A stretch of 58,838 nucleotides of DNA from a virus, in the IMG/VR virus record IMGVR_UViG_3300036852_000195, positions 1 through 58,838 of that record. One strand, 5' to 3'. Of the stretch, positions 23,005-33,209 are shown in pieces (the stretch's first letter is position 1; each line of letters opens with the position of its first letter). Under the pieces are notes generated by a model that made no database searches, was not told where the DNA came from, and worked only from the letters and a program-made list of their open reading frames with translations. A program made the position numbers and the translations under genes.

Positions 23005-23013
23005 TGTTATAAT
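23005..23013 (+). promoter_or_regulatory. Extended -10 promoter (TGtTATAAT) plus leader hairpin for the HNH-AP2 cassette
   Basis: TGtTATAAT at 23005-23013. A 10-bp hairpin TTCCCGTGCT/AGCACGGGAA lies at 23029-23057. Confidence 0.5.
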
Positions 23014-23085
23014 GATTTTACAGAACATTTCCCGTGCTGTTGAAGTCAGCACGGGAATAATGAATAACCTGTTAGGAGGCTACTC

Positions 23086-23730
23086 ATGTCTAATTATACT
23101 CGCTCTTGTAACAAATGTGGGATTGAATATCCGCTCACTTCAGAACATTTTCGGCGCGATGCTCAAAAGTCCGATGGGTTTCAACATACCTGTAAACGTT
23201 GTAGGGGCGTGAAGCCTCCTCGTAATACAACCCCAATTGATTTTGGTGACGCCATTGGGATTCCCCTGACACAAGGATTTGTCGCAATCATTGATCGAAT
23301 TGATATTGATCTTACTGATAAAACGTGGTCATCATGTATTCCCAAAAAGCGCAAAGTTTATGCTGGGCGTGATGAAAACGGGATTCGTGTTTATTTACAT
23401 CATGTGATTTTTGAGCGAACTATTGGACGGAAATTGAATAAAGGTGAAACGGTTGACCATGTAGATGTTAATCCGCTGAACAATAAGCGTGATAATCTTA
23501 GATTAGCGTCAAAGGGGCAACAGCAATACAACACTTCAAGACGATCCGATAATGCATCAGGGTTCAAGGGCGTTCATTATCGTGCGGGATCGTCGAAACC
23601 TTGGCGCGCTGAAATTACCAAAGATCGAAAACGATACATATTAGGATATTTCTTAACGCCAGAGGAAGCGCATCGCGCTTATATTGAGAAAGCCAAAGAA
23701 TTATTTGGCGAATTTGCCCGTTTAGAGTAG
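23086..23730 (+). CDS. HNH homing endonuclease with an AP2 DNA-binding domain
   Basis: HNH_3 motif TVDHVDVNPLNNKRDNLRLAS. AP2 domain SGFKGVHYRAGSSKPWRAEITKDRKRYILGYFLTPEEAHRAYIEKA. Confidence 0.8.
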   Translation: MSNYTRSCNKCGIEYPLTSEHFRRDAQKSDGFQHTCKRCRGVKPPRNTTPIDFGDAIGIPLTQGFVAIIDRIDIDLTDKTWSSCIPKKRKVYAGRDENGIRVYLHHVIFERTIGRKLNKGETVDHVDVNPLNNKRDNLRLASKGQQQYNTSRRSDNASGFKGVHYRAGSSKPWRAEITKDRKRYILGYFLTPEEAHRAYIEKAKELFGEFARLE

Positions 23731-23814
23731 ACGAAGCACGGCGGCGACCCTGGCAACATTTGAGTTCGGTTGCTTGACACGTCAACTATAATATAGAGTA
23801 GAGGTAGTGTTAAG

Positions 23815-24342
23815 ATGACTAACAAAGTTTATGATCGGCAAGTAGGTGAAAGCGACAAGGCATTTGAGGCATTCACCGTTTATCGAGACATGGGCGCAAA
23901 TCGTAGTCACGATGCTGTTGCGCAAAAGTTAAGCAAAAGTTCAACCATTATATCCCGCTGGGCGTCTCAACACGGTTGGCGTGAGCGTGTCAGTGCTTAT
24001 GACGATTACATGGATGCCCAGGCGCGTAAGAAATTTGAAGCCGATGCGATCAAGCGCAAAGTAGATATGCTCAAGCGCCATGCCCTCACAGGTAAAATCC
24101 TACAACAGAAGGGCGTGGATTATCTCAGCAGCAAAGGTGTGGATCGTTCATCAGACGCGGTTGCAGCCATCAAAGCAGGCGTAACCATCGAACGGCAATC
24201 AGAGGGTTTGCCCGAATACATGATGGAGATTGTGAACGCCGATGACAACGAAATTGCCCGCCAATACGCTGCGCTGTTAGCTTCATTGGGGAATGAGCCG
24301 GACGCAGACAGTCCGTCTGAAACGCCTGATCCTGTAGTATAA
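23815..24342 (+). CDS. terS: Terminase small subunit
   Basis: N-terminal HTH (AVAQKLSKSSTIISRWASQHGW). Position upstream of terL, with a coiled middle and an acidic tail. Confidence 0.7.
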   Translation: MTNKVYDRQVGESDKAFEAFTVYRDMGANRSHDAVAQKLSKSSTIISRWASQHGWRERVSAYDDYMDAQARKKFEADAIKRKVDMLKRHALTGKILQQKGVDYLSSKGVDRSSDAVAAIKAGVTIERQSEGLPEYMMEIVNADDNEIARQYAALLASLGNEPDADSPSETPDPVV

Positions 24343-24343
24343 T
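24335..24343 (+). promoter_or_regulatory. TATAAT cassette promoter (TAgTATAAT) plus imperfect leader hairpin for GIY-YIG #1
   Basis: TATAAT at 24338-24343. Hairpin at about 24352-24383. Confidence 0.45.
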
Positions 24344-24407
24344 TAAATAAAATCCCCAGCACTGTTGCAAGCAGTCTGGGATTGAGCAGCTATTAGGAGT
24401 AGCCACT

Positions 24408-25019
24408 ATGACCAGTGTATCAGGTATTTATGTTATTCTCCACAAGAAAAGCGGCATGATTTACATCGGTCAAGCGCAGAATATACGCAAGCGCTGGAAA
24501 GATCATCGTGCTGGATTGAATACCAATCACCATCACAATTCGCATCTGCAATCAGCCTGGAATAAATACGGCGCGTCAGCTTTCCAGTTTAAAATACTTG
24601 AACGCTGTTCTGTGGATCGGTTGGATGAACGTGAGCAGCATTATCTAAATATCCACATGCCAAAGAAAACGTGTTATAACGTTTCAACATTGGTTGGCAC
24701 AACACGAGGAATATCTCCTAGCGCTGAAACACGAATGAAATTAAGCGCTGCCAATAAAGCAAGATATACCGATCCAGCCGAACGGTTGAAAACCAGTGAA
24801 CAGCTAAAAGGTCATTATGTTAGTGATGAAACACGAAACAAAATGGCTGTAAGCAAAGCAATGAACTGGCTTTTGATTGATCCTAACGGTACTGAATACA
24901 TTGTTAGTAATTTGCGTCAGTTTTGCCGACAAAACCAGTTGAATGATAGTGCTTTGTCGGCAGTATCTAAGGGTAGATTTAAGCATCACAAGGGCTGGGT
25001 ATGTCGCAAGATCAACTGA
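24408..25019 (+). CDS. GIY-YIG homing endonuclease #1 (between terS and terL)
   Basis: GIYVILHKKSGMIYIGQAQNIRKRWKDHRAGL. NUMOD3-like SAETRMKLSAANK. C-terminal HTH-like NLRQFCRQNQLNDSALSAVSKGRFKHHKGW. Confidence 0.85.
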   Translation: MTSVSGIYVILHKKSGMIYIGQAQNIRKRWKDHRAGLNTNHHHNSHLQSAWNKYGASAFQFKILERCSVDRLDEREQHYLNIHMPKKTCYNVSTLVGTTRGISPSAETRMKLSAANKARYTDPAERLKTSEQLKGHYVSDETRNKMAVSKAMNWLLIDPNGTEYIVSNLRQFCRQNQLNDSALSAVSKGRFKHHKGWVCRKIN

Positions 25020-26503
25020 TGCTTAAATTGCGAAAACTCGCCGCTATGGAAGCGGAGATGAAGCGGCGGGGAATGATGATCCCCAGGCCGGAACCGCCGC
25101 CGCCAACCAGCAAACCGGAACCTGAATTTCCGCCGCCCGTTGAGTGGATCGAGCAAAACTTTTACCTCTACGACACGGGCAATCTGATAACCCTTTACGA
25201 TTGCCAGCGCCGCCCGCTGCAACTGGCGTTAGAGCGCGATGCGGCAGGGTTGTTCAAGTACACCACGATATTATGGTCATGGCCTAAGAAGTCAGCCAAA
25301 TCGAGTGTGATTGCGTCTGTGGCGGACTTCACTGCTGCTAGCCGCAATCGGGCATCGGTCAAGCTGGTGGCGAACGACTTGAAGCAGGCTGATTCCCGCG
25401 TGGGTATGTACCTACGCGAAAGTATCAAGTTGGGACAGAAAGCCGGAAACCGCGATACAGCCATCCGCATGACGCCATCCGGCTATACCACAAAATACCC
25501 CAACGGCTCGATCATTGAATGCGTACCCATTGACCCCAGCGGCGAAGCGGGCGGTAATGACGACATGATCGTCTATAGCGAGCTACACGGCTGGAAAAGC
25601 AAAGCCCATCAGCGCATGTGGACGGAAATGACCCTTTCGCCCAACAAGTTTGGTAACAGTCAAAGATGGGTGGACACTTACGCGGGCTTTGAAGGTGAAT
25701 CGCCCATCCTTGAGCAACTGTACCAAGTAGGCGTGAAGCAGGGGCGGCGCGTCTGGGATGATCTGGAAGTCTACGTAAACGAGCAAGCCCGCATGTTGAC
25801 CGTGTGGGTGACGAAGCCGATGCTGCCCTGGCAGGTGAGCGCTTCTGGTCAGGAATACTACGCTCAGGAAGCAGCACAACTCGCGCCCAACGAATTCGCC
25901 CGCATCCATCTCAATCAGTGGGTGAGCAGCGAAGACGTGTTCATCCCAGCGGAATGGTGGACTGCTTGTAAATCAGAATACGACGATATAAAGCCCGACG
26001 AACCCGCTATCTTATCTTTAGATGCTGGGGTTGCAAGTGACTGCTTTGCTGTTCTGATGGTCACGCGCCGAAATGATAAGGTCCAGGTTCAATACTCTAA
26101 GAAGTGGCAACCTGTTCCTGGTCAGAAACTCGATTTTCAGCCTATCGAAAATGAAATTCGCAGACTGATTAACACCTACAACATAATTGAAATGGCATAT
26201 GATCCATATCAATTAGTCTCAATGGCTGGGCGTCTTCGCGCTGAAGAAGTCATTAACGTGCGTGAATTCAATCAATCTTCCCCGCGCGCAATAGCTGATA
26301 AGCGACTCTATGACATGATTAGAGAAAAGCGTATTCAGCATAAGGGCGATCCTGATTTAACGGCACATATTCTCAATGCGAATCGCAAACCTGAAGACGA
26401 AAACAAACTCAGGTTGATTAAGCGAACGCCAGAGGGGAAAATAGATTTAGCAGTCTGCTTAAGTATGGGGTGTGATCGCAGTTTTGCCTACGCCCTAGAA
26501 TAA
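25001..26503 (+). CDS. terL: Terminase large subunit
   Basis: 500 aa. P-loop-like WPKKSAKSS and Walker B-like DDMIVYSE. C-terminal nuclease-like region (AYDPYQ). Synteny is terS-terL-portal. Confidence 0.85.
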   Translation: MSQDQLMLKLRKLAAMEAEMKRRGMMIPRPEPPPPTSKPEPEFPPPVEWIEQNFYLYDTGNLITLYDCQRRPLQLALERDAAGLFKYTTILWSWPKKSAKSSVIASVADFTAASRNRASVKLVANDLKQADSRVGMYLRESIKLGQKAGNRDTAIRMTPSGYTTKYPNGSIIECVPIDPSGEAGGNDDMIVYSELHGWKSKAHQRMWTEMTLSPNKFGNSQRWVDTYAGFEGESPILEQLYQVGVKQGRRVWDDLEVYVNEQARMLTVWVTKPMLPWQVSASGQEYYAQEAAQLAPNEFARIHLNQWVSSEDVFIPAEWWTACKSEYDDIKPDEPAILSLDAGVASDCFAVLMVTRRNDKVQVQYSKKWQPVPGQKLDFQPIENEIRRLINTYNIIEMAYDPYQLVSMAGRLRAEEVINVREFNQSSPRAIADKRLYDMIREKRIQHKGDPDLTAHILNANRKPEDENKLRLIKRTPEGKIDLAVCLSMGCDRSFAYALE

Positions 26504-26511
26504 GCTATAAT
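26503..26511 (+). promoter_or_regulatory. TATAAT cassette promoter plus leader hairpin for GIY-YIG #2
   Basis: TATAAT at 26506-26511. The hairpin at 26528-26555 is nearly identical to 19267-19293. Confidence 0.45.
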
Positions 26512-26582
26512 TGAGGGAATAAAAGGTTCGCCCGCGTGTTATCAGCACCGGGCGAGTGAGTGTCACATTGGAGGTGAACACT

Positions 26583-27182
26583 ATGGCTATTGTATCCGGT
26601 ATTTATATTATTCTCAATCGCAAGAACGGCAAAGTATATCTCGGCAAAACAAACGATTTGAAGCGAAGAATCAAAGAACATCACTCCAAATTGAATTGCG
26701 GACATCACGATAACCGTTATCTGCAAGCATCCTGGAATAAACACGGCGCAAAAGCATTTCAATTCAAAATACTTGAACGCTGTCCCCTTGAGCAGTTAGA
26801 CGAACGTGAAAAGCATCATATTGCAATCTACAAGGCGCGCGGATTGGCTTACAATCTGTCTGATGGCGGCGAAGGGGCGTCAGGAGCAATTCGTAGTCCT
26901 GAAACCCGCCTGAAAATGAGCAAGGCTCAAAAGGGGAGAACAATAACCCCAGAGGCGCGGCGCAAACTCAGTGAAGCCAATACAGGATTTCGCCACACTG
27001 AAGAAACACTTGCTAAAATGCGTGAAGTCCATACGGGAAAATTACACACTGAAGAAACTAAACGCAAGATTGCAGAGTCGCACAAAACAGAAAATTTAAG
27101 CGAAGAATACAGGCGCAAATTGAGCGAAGGCGCAAAACGCAGGGAAGCCCGCAAACGCGCAGAACGTGACAAAGCCGACTAA
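26583..27182 (+). CDS. GIY-YIG homing endonuclease #2 (between terL and portal)
   Basis: GIYIILNRKNGKVYLGKTNDLKRRIKEHHSKL. Repeated NUMOD3-like (E)TR.K.S motifs. RBS ggaggtg before the ATG at 26583. Confidence 0.85.
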   Translation: MAIVSGIYIILNRKNGKVYLGKTNDLKRRIKEHHSKLNCGHHDNRYLQASWNKHGAKAFQFKILERCPLEQLDEREKHHIAIYKARGLAYNLSDGGEGASGAIRSPETRLKMSKAQKGRTITPEARRKLSEANTGFRHTEETLAKMREVHTGKLHTEETKRKIAESHKTENLSEEYRRKLSEGAKRREARKRAERDKAD

Positions 27183-27198
27183 CATTATCGAGGCAACT

Positions 27199-29406
27199 AT
27201 GGACGACAATTTACTACAACTTGAAAAAGCGTTGTCCTTGCCCGATCCGAACAAGGCCGCGCGTCTGAGTGTGCAGTCCCGCGCGGAAGCGTCCAACGGC
27301 TTCGCCCCTACTACTGATGTCATGGGGGGCGGCGTGTTCTGGCTGACGCTGGGACAGCGCCTTGAGGAAGAACCGCGCTGGAATCCCATTTATCCCAACT
27401 TTCGGGATCGCTTTTTAACTGAATTCGGACGCAGCGAGTCGATGATGGCAAGCGCCATTTACTCAATGGGAACACGAATTGGCACATTGAATTACACGCT
27501 CAACGGTCCGCCGCGCATCAAGAAGTTCACCCAGGAATTGCTCAACAAACCAGGATTGGGCGATAACTTTGCTGCAATCACCAAAAAGCTGTCTTATGAC
27601 CTGGACACCACCGATAACGGCGCGTTCATGGAGTTGTGGAAAGCAGGCAGCCCTGAGAAAGCGCCGCCCAAGAATGCACCTTGTTTGGGATTTGGGCATC
27701 TGGACAGCCGTTTATGTTGGCGTTCGTTTGACCCTGAATTTCCCGTCTGGTACACGAACCCGGTCACAGGTGTAATCCGCAAGCTGCATAAGGATCGTGT
27801 GGTGTTTTCGGCTAACAATCCCCAGCCGATTGAACTGGCGCGCGGGATTGGCTTTTGCGCTGTATCGCGCGCGATGCGCATGGTGCGCGTGTTCAAGAAT
27901 ATGCAGATTTTCGTGGATGAAAAGGTTTCAGGTCGCTTCACGCGGGCGCTGGGGGCGATCAGCGGGGTATCGGCAGGGCAGGTGAAGAAGGCGCTGCAAA
28001 ACCACGCCGATGAGATGGATAATAAGGGTTATGTGGTTTATAACGACATACCATTTCTTATTGATCCATCCACTGAAGGCAAAAACGATATTAAAATCTT
28101 GCTCCAAGACCTGGCTACCGTGCCGGACGGGTTTAGTTTCCGCGACGATGCGGATTTATATGCCTATATTCTAGCGTTCTGCTTCGGCGTGGATGCCCGC
28201 GAATTCTGGCCTGCGACCCAAAGCGGGGCGACTAAGGCGGACGCCACTGTTCAGAATATGAAGGCGCGCGGGCGCGGTATCGGTGATCGTATTCAGATGG
28301 TTGAGTTCTTTATTCGTGCCGCCATTGCTGAAGTTGTGGATTTTGAATATGACTTCAGTGACGATGACCAGGACAAAATGCAAGCCGAAATCCAGGGAAT
28401 GCGGCTCAACAATCTGTCCACTTTGCAGCGTGGTGGGGCGCTCAATTCGCTTGAGATGCGGGCGTTAGCTATTGCCGAGGGCATTATCGACGGCGCGCTG
28501 CTGGAAACTCTGAATCTGCCTGTGGACAGCGACAGCAGTCTTGCCGATCAAGAAGACGATCAGGACTCGCTGGAAAGCAATACGGGCAATAGTGAAACCC
28601 CCACCGATGGTGCGGTTGAGCAGACGTCCGTTGGTAAGGCGCTGACTGTAAAAACCCAGGCAGCCTATCGGCGCAGCCTGCGCCAGTTTGTACGCGGCTA
28701 TTGGAACGGTGAGTTGGGCGCATTCGATTTCTTTGATGGCTTCGCCAACACGATTGAGCGCAACTTTACCAAAGCATGGTATGACGGCGCAGCCCAATGG
28801 GGTATCGCGCCCAATGAAATCACCGACGAAGAAAAGACTCGGTTGCGGCTGGAAATCAATACCGAAATAACGTTTATCAGCGGGTTTGCTGATGCGATCC
28901 AGAACGGCAGCAAAGCCAATGGTGGACAGTTAGCGCCACTATATGACCGATTAGAAATGTGGGTGAATGCATATGATCGAATCATGTCGTTGGCTGGGCA
29001 GTTGGCGGCTGCGGATGCGAAAGGAATCTGGGTGTATGGGGACACAATCGACCACTGCGCTAGTTGTTCGACTTACGCCGGGCGTGTCTACCGCAACTCC
29101 GTTTGGGTCAAGTGGCTTGAACCCTATGACTTATTGCCTCACGGCGGGGGATTGGCCTGCAAAGGGTTTAGGTGTGAGTGTTCGATCAAGAAAACATCGG
29201 AACCCGTCAGCAGCGGACGCCCGCCGATTGTGACAAAGGTGCATACCCATGACCCGATTAAAGCTCACGGCAATTACCCCGCAACACATACCGAAAACAG
29301 CCGAATACACCAAAGCAATAGAGCAGGCCGTTCTCAAGACAATGACCCTGGCACAGCGGGATTACGAGTCTACACAACGCACCTGGAAAAAGAAGGCCAA
29401 GTTTAA
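27199..29406 (+). CDS. Portal protein fused to a MuF/SPP1-gp7-like head-morphogenesis domain
   Basis: Position after terL and size (735 aa). C-terminal DHCASCSTYAGRVY...LPHGGGLACKGFRCEC resembles the MuF-type motif. Confidence 0.65.
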   Translation: MDDNLLQLEKALSLPDPNKAARLSVQSRAEASNGFAPTTDVMGGGVFWLTLGQRLEEEPRWNPIYPNFRDRFLTEFGRSESMMASAIYSMGTRIGTLNYTLNGPPRIKKFTQELLNKPGLGDNFAAITKKLSYDLDTTDNGAFMELWKAGSPEKAPPKNAPCLGFGHLDSRLCWRSFDPEFPVWYTNPVTGVIRKLHKDRVVFSANNPQPIELARGIGFCAVSRAMRMVRVFKNMQIFVDEKVSGRFTRALGAISGVSAGQVKKALQNHADEMDNKGYVVYNDIPFLIDPSTEGKNDIKILLQDLATVPDGFSFRDDADLYAYILAFCFGVDAREFWPATQSGATKADATVQNMKARGRGIGDRIQMVEFFIRAAIAEVVDFEYDFSDDDQDKMQAEIQGMRLNNLSTLQRGGALNSLEMRALAIAEGIIDGALLETLNLPVDSDSSLADQEDDQDSLESNTGNSETPTDGAVEQTSVGKALTVKTQAAYRRSLRQFVRGYWNGELGAFDFFDGFANTIERNFTKAWYDGAAQWGIAPNEITDEEKTRLRLEINTEITFISGFADAIQNGSKANGGQLAPLYDRLEMWVNAYDRIMSLAGQLAAADAKGIWVYGDTIDHCASCSTYAGRVYRNSVWVKWLEPYDLLPHGGGLACKGFRCECSIKKTSEPVSSGRPPIVTKVHTHDPIKAHGNYPATHTENSRIHQSNRAGRSQDNDPGTAGLRVYTTHLEKEGQV

Positions 29407-29752
29407 TCTCACCGAAGACAGGGTAAACGGCAATTATCGAGTCACGACGGGAACCAATAACAAGCGCTATGGCTGGATAGATGATGGGACAGGGCTTTAC
29501 GGTCCAAAGCACCAGACGATTAAGCCCAAGCGCTCCAAGTATTTTACGTTCCAGATCGGTGGACAATTGAAAACACGCCCCGATTACATTGGTTCCGATT
29601 CAGGATCACCGCATACCAAATGGGTGCGCGTGCGTGAAATTAAAGGTATTCCCAGCCGTCGTTTTACCATCGTGATCGGCAAGCGGCGGCAGGTCACACT
29701 CACCCAGGAAGTCAGCCATGCAATTGCGCTGGTGAACAGGACAATGAAATGA
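29249..29752 (+). CDS. Hypothetical head-module protein
   Basis: 167-aa ORF with RBS aaggtg. Overlaps the last 158 nt of the portal ORF out of frame. Confidence 0.5.
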   Translation: MTRLKLTAITPQHIPKTAEYTKAIEQAVLKTMTLAQRDYESTQRTWKKKAKFNLTEDRVNGNYRVTTGTNNKRYGWIDDGTGLYGPKHQTIKPKRSKYFTFQIGGQLKTRPDYIGSDSGSPHTKWVRVREIKGIPSRRFTIVIGKRRQVTLTQEVSHAIALVNRTMK

Positions 29753-29961
29753 GCAAATCAACTGCATTGCTGTACGAAAACGCTTTACGGGCGGAAGCGG
29801 CTGAGCATGAAATTCGCGACATTCTTAAAGCATTAAAAGCCAATTGCACAGATGATTTCGTAGTTATCATTGATGGTGCGATTGATTGGGCGAGAACGAT
29901 TGATGAATTTGTGAGTTTTGTTCAATTGGATGCTAAGGAGAACAATCATGGCGGGACGTAA
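29749..29961 (+). CDS. Hypothetical protein
   Basis: 70-aa ORF with ATGA coupling. Confidence 0.45.
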   Translation: MSKSTALLYENALRAEAAEHEIRDILKALKANCTDDFVVIIDGAIDWARTIDEFVSFVQLDAKENNHGGT

Positions 29962-30100
29962 ATGGTGGGCATTGCTTGTAGGGTTGTGGTTCGTAATTAC
30001 CGGATTGCTGGCGATCACAAATCTTACAGTCGCAGGTGTCGGTATTTTCATGGGCTTCTTGGCAGTTGCAGCAGGCGTACTCCTCTGGTTGGATCGATAG
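29948..30100 (+). CDS. Small two-helix membrane protein
   Basis: MAGRKWWALLVGLWFVITGLLAITNLTVAGVGIFMGFLAVAAGVLLWLDR. RBS aaggag. Confidence 0.45.
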   Translation: MAGRKWWALLVGLWFVITGLLAITNLTVAGVGIFMGFLAVAAGVLLWLDR

Positions 30101-30138
30101 TGTAACCCCGCCGCTAGAATGGCCTTAAATCGAACAAG

Positions 30139-30162
30139 AACCCGCTTTTTAGCGGGTTTTAT
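30139..30162 (+). terminator. Rho-independent terminator
   Basis: AACCCGCtttttaGCGGGTTttatatt. Confidence 0.8.
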
Positions 30163-30185
30163 ATTGCACATGAGGGTTTACCGCT

Positions 30186-31652
30186 ATGCCCTACGAAATT
30201 CGCGGCAATTGCGTTTATAAGCAGGGCAGCAGCAAAGCCCTTAAATGTTACGACAATCACAAGGACGCTCTGGCCTATCTCAGAGCATTGGAGGCCAACG
30301 TGAGCGATGCAAAAACGTTTGAAGATGCCCGTAAGCTATTCTCCTTGCCCTCACAAGATGAGGTCAATTATTCTCCCGCTGGGGGAACGCCGGGGCATAT
30401 GTGCTCCAACTGCCGCTTTTTCACCCGTGATTGGGACGGCGCGCCGGAATGCTATCTGATTAGCAATTGGCCGGAACGGATTGAACCTACGGGGGTTTGC
30501 GACCGTCACGAAACCGGAACGCCTGAAATTGTTGAGGTTGTTCCTGTGCCTGTCGTCATCGTTGAGCCAGATTATTTCGAGGGCGACAGCGCAGAAATGG
30601 CGCTGACCGTTTCCAAGTCGATCTTTCAGCGCGTCAAGGAATTCGCTGCAACGCTGCGCCCCAGCATTGTACCGCCGAAAGAACAAGATGCTTTCCAGGT
30701 GTACAAAACCCAGGACGGGAAAATGGGCTGGGTCGCACGACACACGGGCAAATGGATTGACCGCGAAGGTGAAATTATCGCAGAGCAAGCCCACGAGAAA
30801 TATGTGAGCCGCGTTCAAAAAGGCGATGTGCCGATGCCCGAATTGTGGATGTGGCACAACAAAGGTACGAAGCACGGGCAAGCGGTTGCGGTGTGGAAGT
30901 CGGGCGGTTTCACCCTGGCAGCGGGCTTGATTGACGATACGCCGGAAGGCCGCAGCATGTTCGATTATTACCAAAAGCACAGCGGCAAGATCAAGTTATC
31001 GCATATGTTCCACTACCCCAAAGAATCCAAAGTCAACGGGGTGTATTACGATCTGAACACGGTTGAAATTACAACCTTGCCCGATGGGGCGGAAGCTTTT
31101 CCCTATACCAGTTTTGAGGAGATTCAAACGATGGCGCTGCCAAAAGTTGCACAAGACATGATTTTAGAGGCCGGAGGTCAGGCGATGCTGGAACGCGCGC
31201 TGGCGGCGGACAAGCTAGCCGAGACTGACACCAAAACCCTGGATGCGTCGGGCGTGGCCTGGAAGGGCTACGACAAGTATGGGGACAACGTTGTCCCTGC
31301 TGAAAAGATCGCTGGCTTGGAAACCGCTCAGAAGGCGATTGACGATCAGTTGAAGCTGCTGGCGGATGTTCCAGCAACCATCAAGGCGCTGAATGACGGT
31401 ATAAAGTCGCTCACCGACCAGTTGCAGGTCGAACTGGAAGCCAAAGCAACGCTGCTGGGCAAGATCAATGATCTGGAAGCCAAAGCCGCGCTGCTCACCG
31501 ATTTGAAACCCCCGGCGAGTCAATCCAGCGAAACGCTGCTGGCTGACCGCGAAAAAACCTTGTTGGATACGATGATTGAGACGTCCAAACAAATGGATAG
31601 CCCGTCATTGGTCGAAAAGTTGTTGGGCGTTCAGCCCGTAATCACTTCATAA
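30186..31652 (+). CDS. Scaffolding protein, possibly fused to a prohead protease-like N-terminal region
   Basis: Immediately upstream of the capsid gene. The C-terminal 150 aa is coiled-coil-like (LKLLADVPATIKALNDGIKSLTDQLQVELEAKATLLGKINDLEAKAALL). Confidence 0.5.
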   Translation: MPYEIRGNCVYKQGSSKALKCYDNHKDALAYLRALEANVSDAKTFEDARKLFSLPSQDEVNYSPAGGTPGHMCSNCRFFTRDWDGAPECYLISNWPERIEPTGVCDRHETGTPEIVEVVPVPVVIVEPDYFEGDSAEMALTVSKSIFQRVKEFAATLRPSIVPPKEQDAFQVYKTQDGKMGWVARHTGKWIDREGEIIAEQAHEKYVSRVQKGDVPMPELWMWHNKGTKHGQAVAVWKSGGFTLAAGLIDDTPEGRSMFDYYQKHSGKIKLSHMFHYPKESKVNGVYYDLNTVEITTLPDGAEAFPYTSFEEIQTMALPKVAQDMILEAGGQAMLERALAADKLAETDTKTLDASGVAWKGYDKYGDNVVPAEKIAGLETAQKAIDDQLKLLADVPATIKALNDGIKSLTDQLQVELEAKATLLGKINDLEAKAALLTDLKPPASQSSETLLADREKTLLDTMIETSKQMDSPSLVEKLLGVQPVITS

Positions 31653-31693
31653 GCGGCCTTGCCCGCACCTTATAACCGTTAACGGAGGTTAAC

Positions 31694-33202
31694 ATGTCCA
31701 ATCTTGTTGAGGACGCCCTGAAAGCCAATGGCGGCGTCATCCCTGGGCAGGGCGTTGCTACCAAGAACGATCCGCCCCTTGCACCCGTCCAGCCCTACTT
31801 GCATGGTCCCAACGGACTATTCAATCGTCGGGATCGCGAAAATCCAGTCTTTAGCGCTATCATGACCCCCATGATGGGCGTAGCTGAGGCGCTGCCCGTG
31901 TTCAACGGCGCGCGCAATCTGGATGGCGCTTTCGGAGGCACAGACGCAGCCTTTGAAAGCCTGCTCACAGGGGTGACAGCGGGCGCGCTGGACTCGTTCG
32001 CCAACCAACCGACGCAGCCCTGCCAGGATGGTCCGGTGGGTGGGTTACTCAAGTTCTGTTCGATGGTGAACACCTACGGCAACTACAAAATGGCTACTCG
32101 CGAAGTGGAAATCACCCGCGCGGGACGCGTGGCCGATATGACCGACGCCTTCAGCGTCCAGGTTGCCAACCAGTTTCCACCTGGATTGTTCGCAACGCCG
32201 AGCGGAACGCCGTCCTTGCAAAATGCCGTCAACAATGAACTCGCCAGCCGTATCTGGGAAATGACCATCGGCTTTCAACGCATGTTCGCGCCGCGCGTGT
32301 TCACGGGTACGCCCGCCAACAACAATGGCACGGCAGAGGATATTGTCGGGCTGAATATTCACATCAACAGCGGCAACAAGCTGGATGCCAAGTCGCAGTC
32401 GATTTGCACTGCCGCCAACAGCGATGTGAAAAACTTCGGCAGCGCAGTCGTTTCCGGCACTGAAACCACATCGAACATTGTTAAGTATATTGAGATGTGC
32501 GATGCCTTTTCGGTGTATCGCGCGCGCCGTCAGGGATTGGGAACACCGGAATACATCATTGCGATGCGTCCCGAACTGTGGTTTGAAATTACCCAGGTTG
32601 TTCCGATTCAGAAGTATCTAAAAGTGATCGCGCAGGTGAACGGCATTACCAATGCCCGTGCCAACATTGACATGGAAACGGTATATGCAGATCGTAATGC
32701 AATGCGTGAAAACCATTTGATCCCGGTCAACGGGCGCATGATCCGCGTGGTGGAAGATGACACGATTGCTGAAACCAACCTGGGCAAGTTCGCAGGTGTT
32801 GACCGCTATTCCAGCACCATCTACGGTATCCCTCTGACCGTGCTGAATGGCTACCCGGTCACATTCTGGGAATACTTCAACCATGCCAATGCGCAGGCGC
32901 AGGCCATTCAGAACGTTGCGGGTCAACTCACCTGGACGACTGACGGCGGCATGTTCCGCTGGTTTGCTGACTTCGCGCGCGGCTGCTTGAAGCTGAATGC
33001 CGTGTTCACTCCGCGCCTACGTATGCGCACCCCGCAAGTGGCGTGGCGGATTGACGCAGTGGCTTACGAACCAATGCAGCACTTCACCTCCTGGGACCCG
33101 AACAGCAGCTACTTTGTCAATGGCGGCGTCACCCAGGGCGAGAATCAGAAATACTACTCGGCTTGGGACCCAACAACGCCTGGTGTTCCTGGCGGCCTGT
33201 AG
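31694..33202 (+). CDS. Major capsid protein
   Basis: 502-aa ORF with a strong RBS (ggaggttaacATG), following the scaffold gene. Call is by synteny. Confidence 0.65.
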   Translation: MSNLVEDALKANGGVIPGQGVATKNDPPLAPVQPYLHGPNGLFNRRDRENPVFSAIMTPMMGVAEALPVFNGARNLDGAFGGTDAAFESLLTGVTAGALDSFANQPTQPCQDGPVGGLLKFCSMVNTYGNYKMATREVEITRAGRVADMTDAFSVQVANQFPPGLFATPSGTPSLQNAVNNELASRIWEMTIGFQRMFAPRVFTGTPANNNGTAEDIVGLNIHINSGNKLDAKSQSICTAANSDVKNFGSAVVSGTETTSNIVKYIEMCDAFSVYRARRQGLGTPEYIIAMRPELWFEITQVVPIQKYLKVIAQVNGITNARANIDMETVYADRNAMRENHLIPVNGRMIRVVEDDTIAETNLGKFAGVDRYSSTIYGIPLTVLNGYPVTFWEYFNHANAQAQAIQNVAGQLTWTTDGGMFRWFADFARGCLKLNAVFTPRLRMRTPQVAWRIDAVAYEPMQHFTSWDPNSSYFVNGGVTQGENQKYYSAWDPTTPGVPGGL

Positions 33203-33209
33203 TCTTTTC

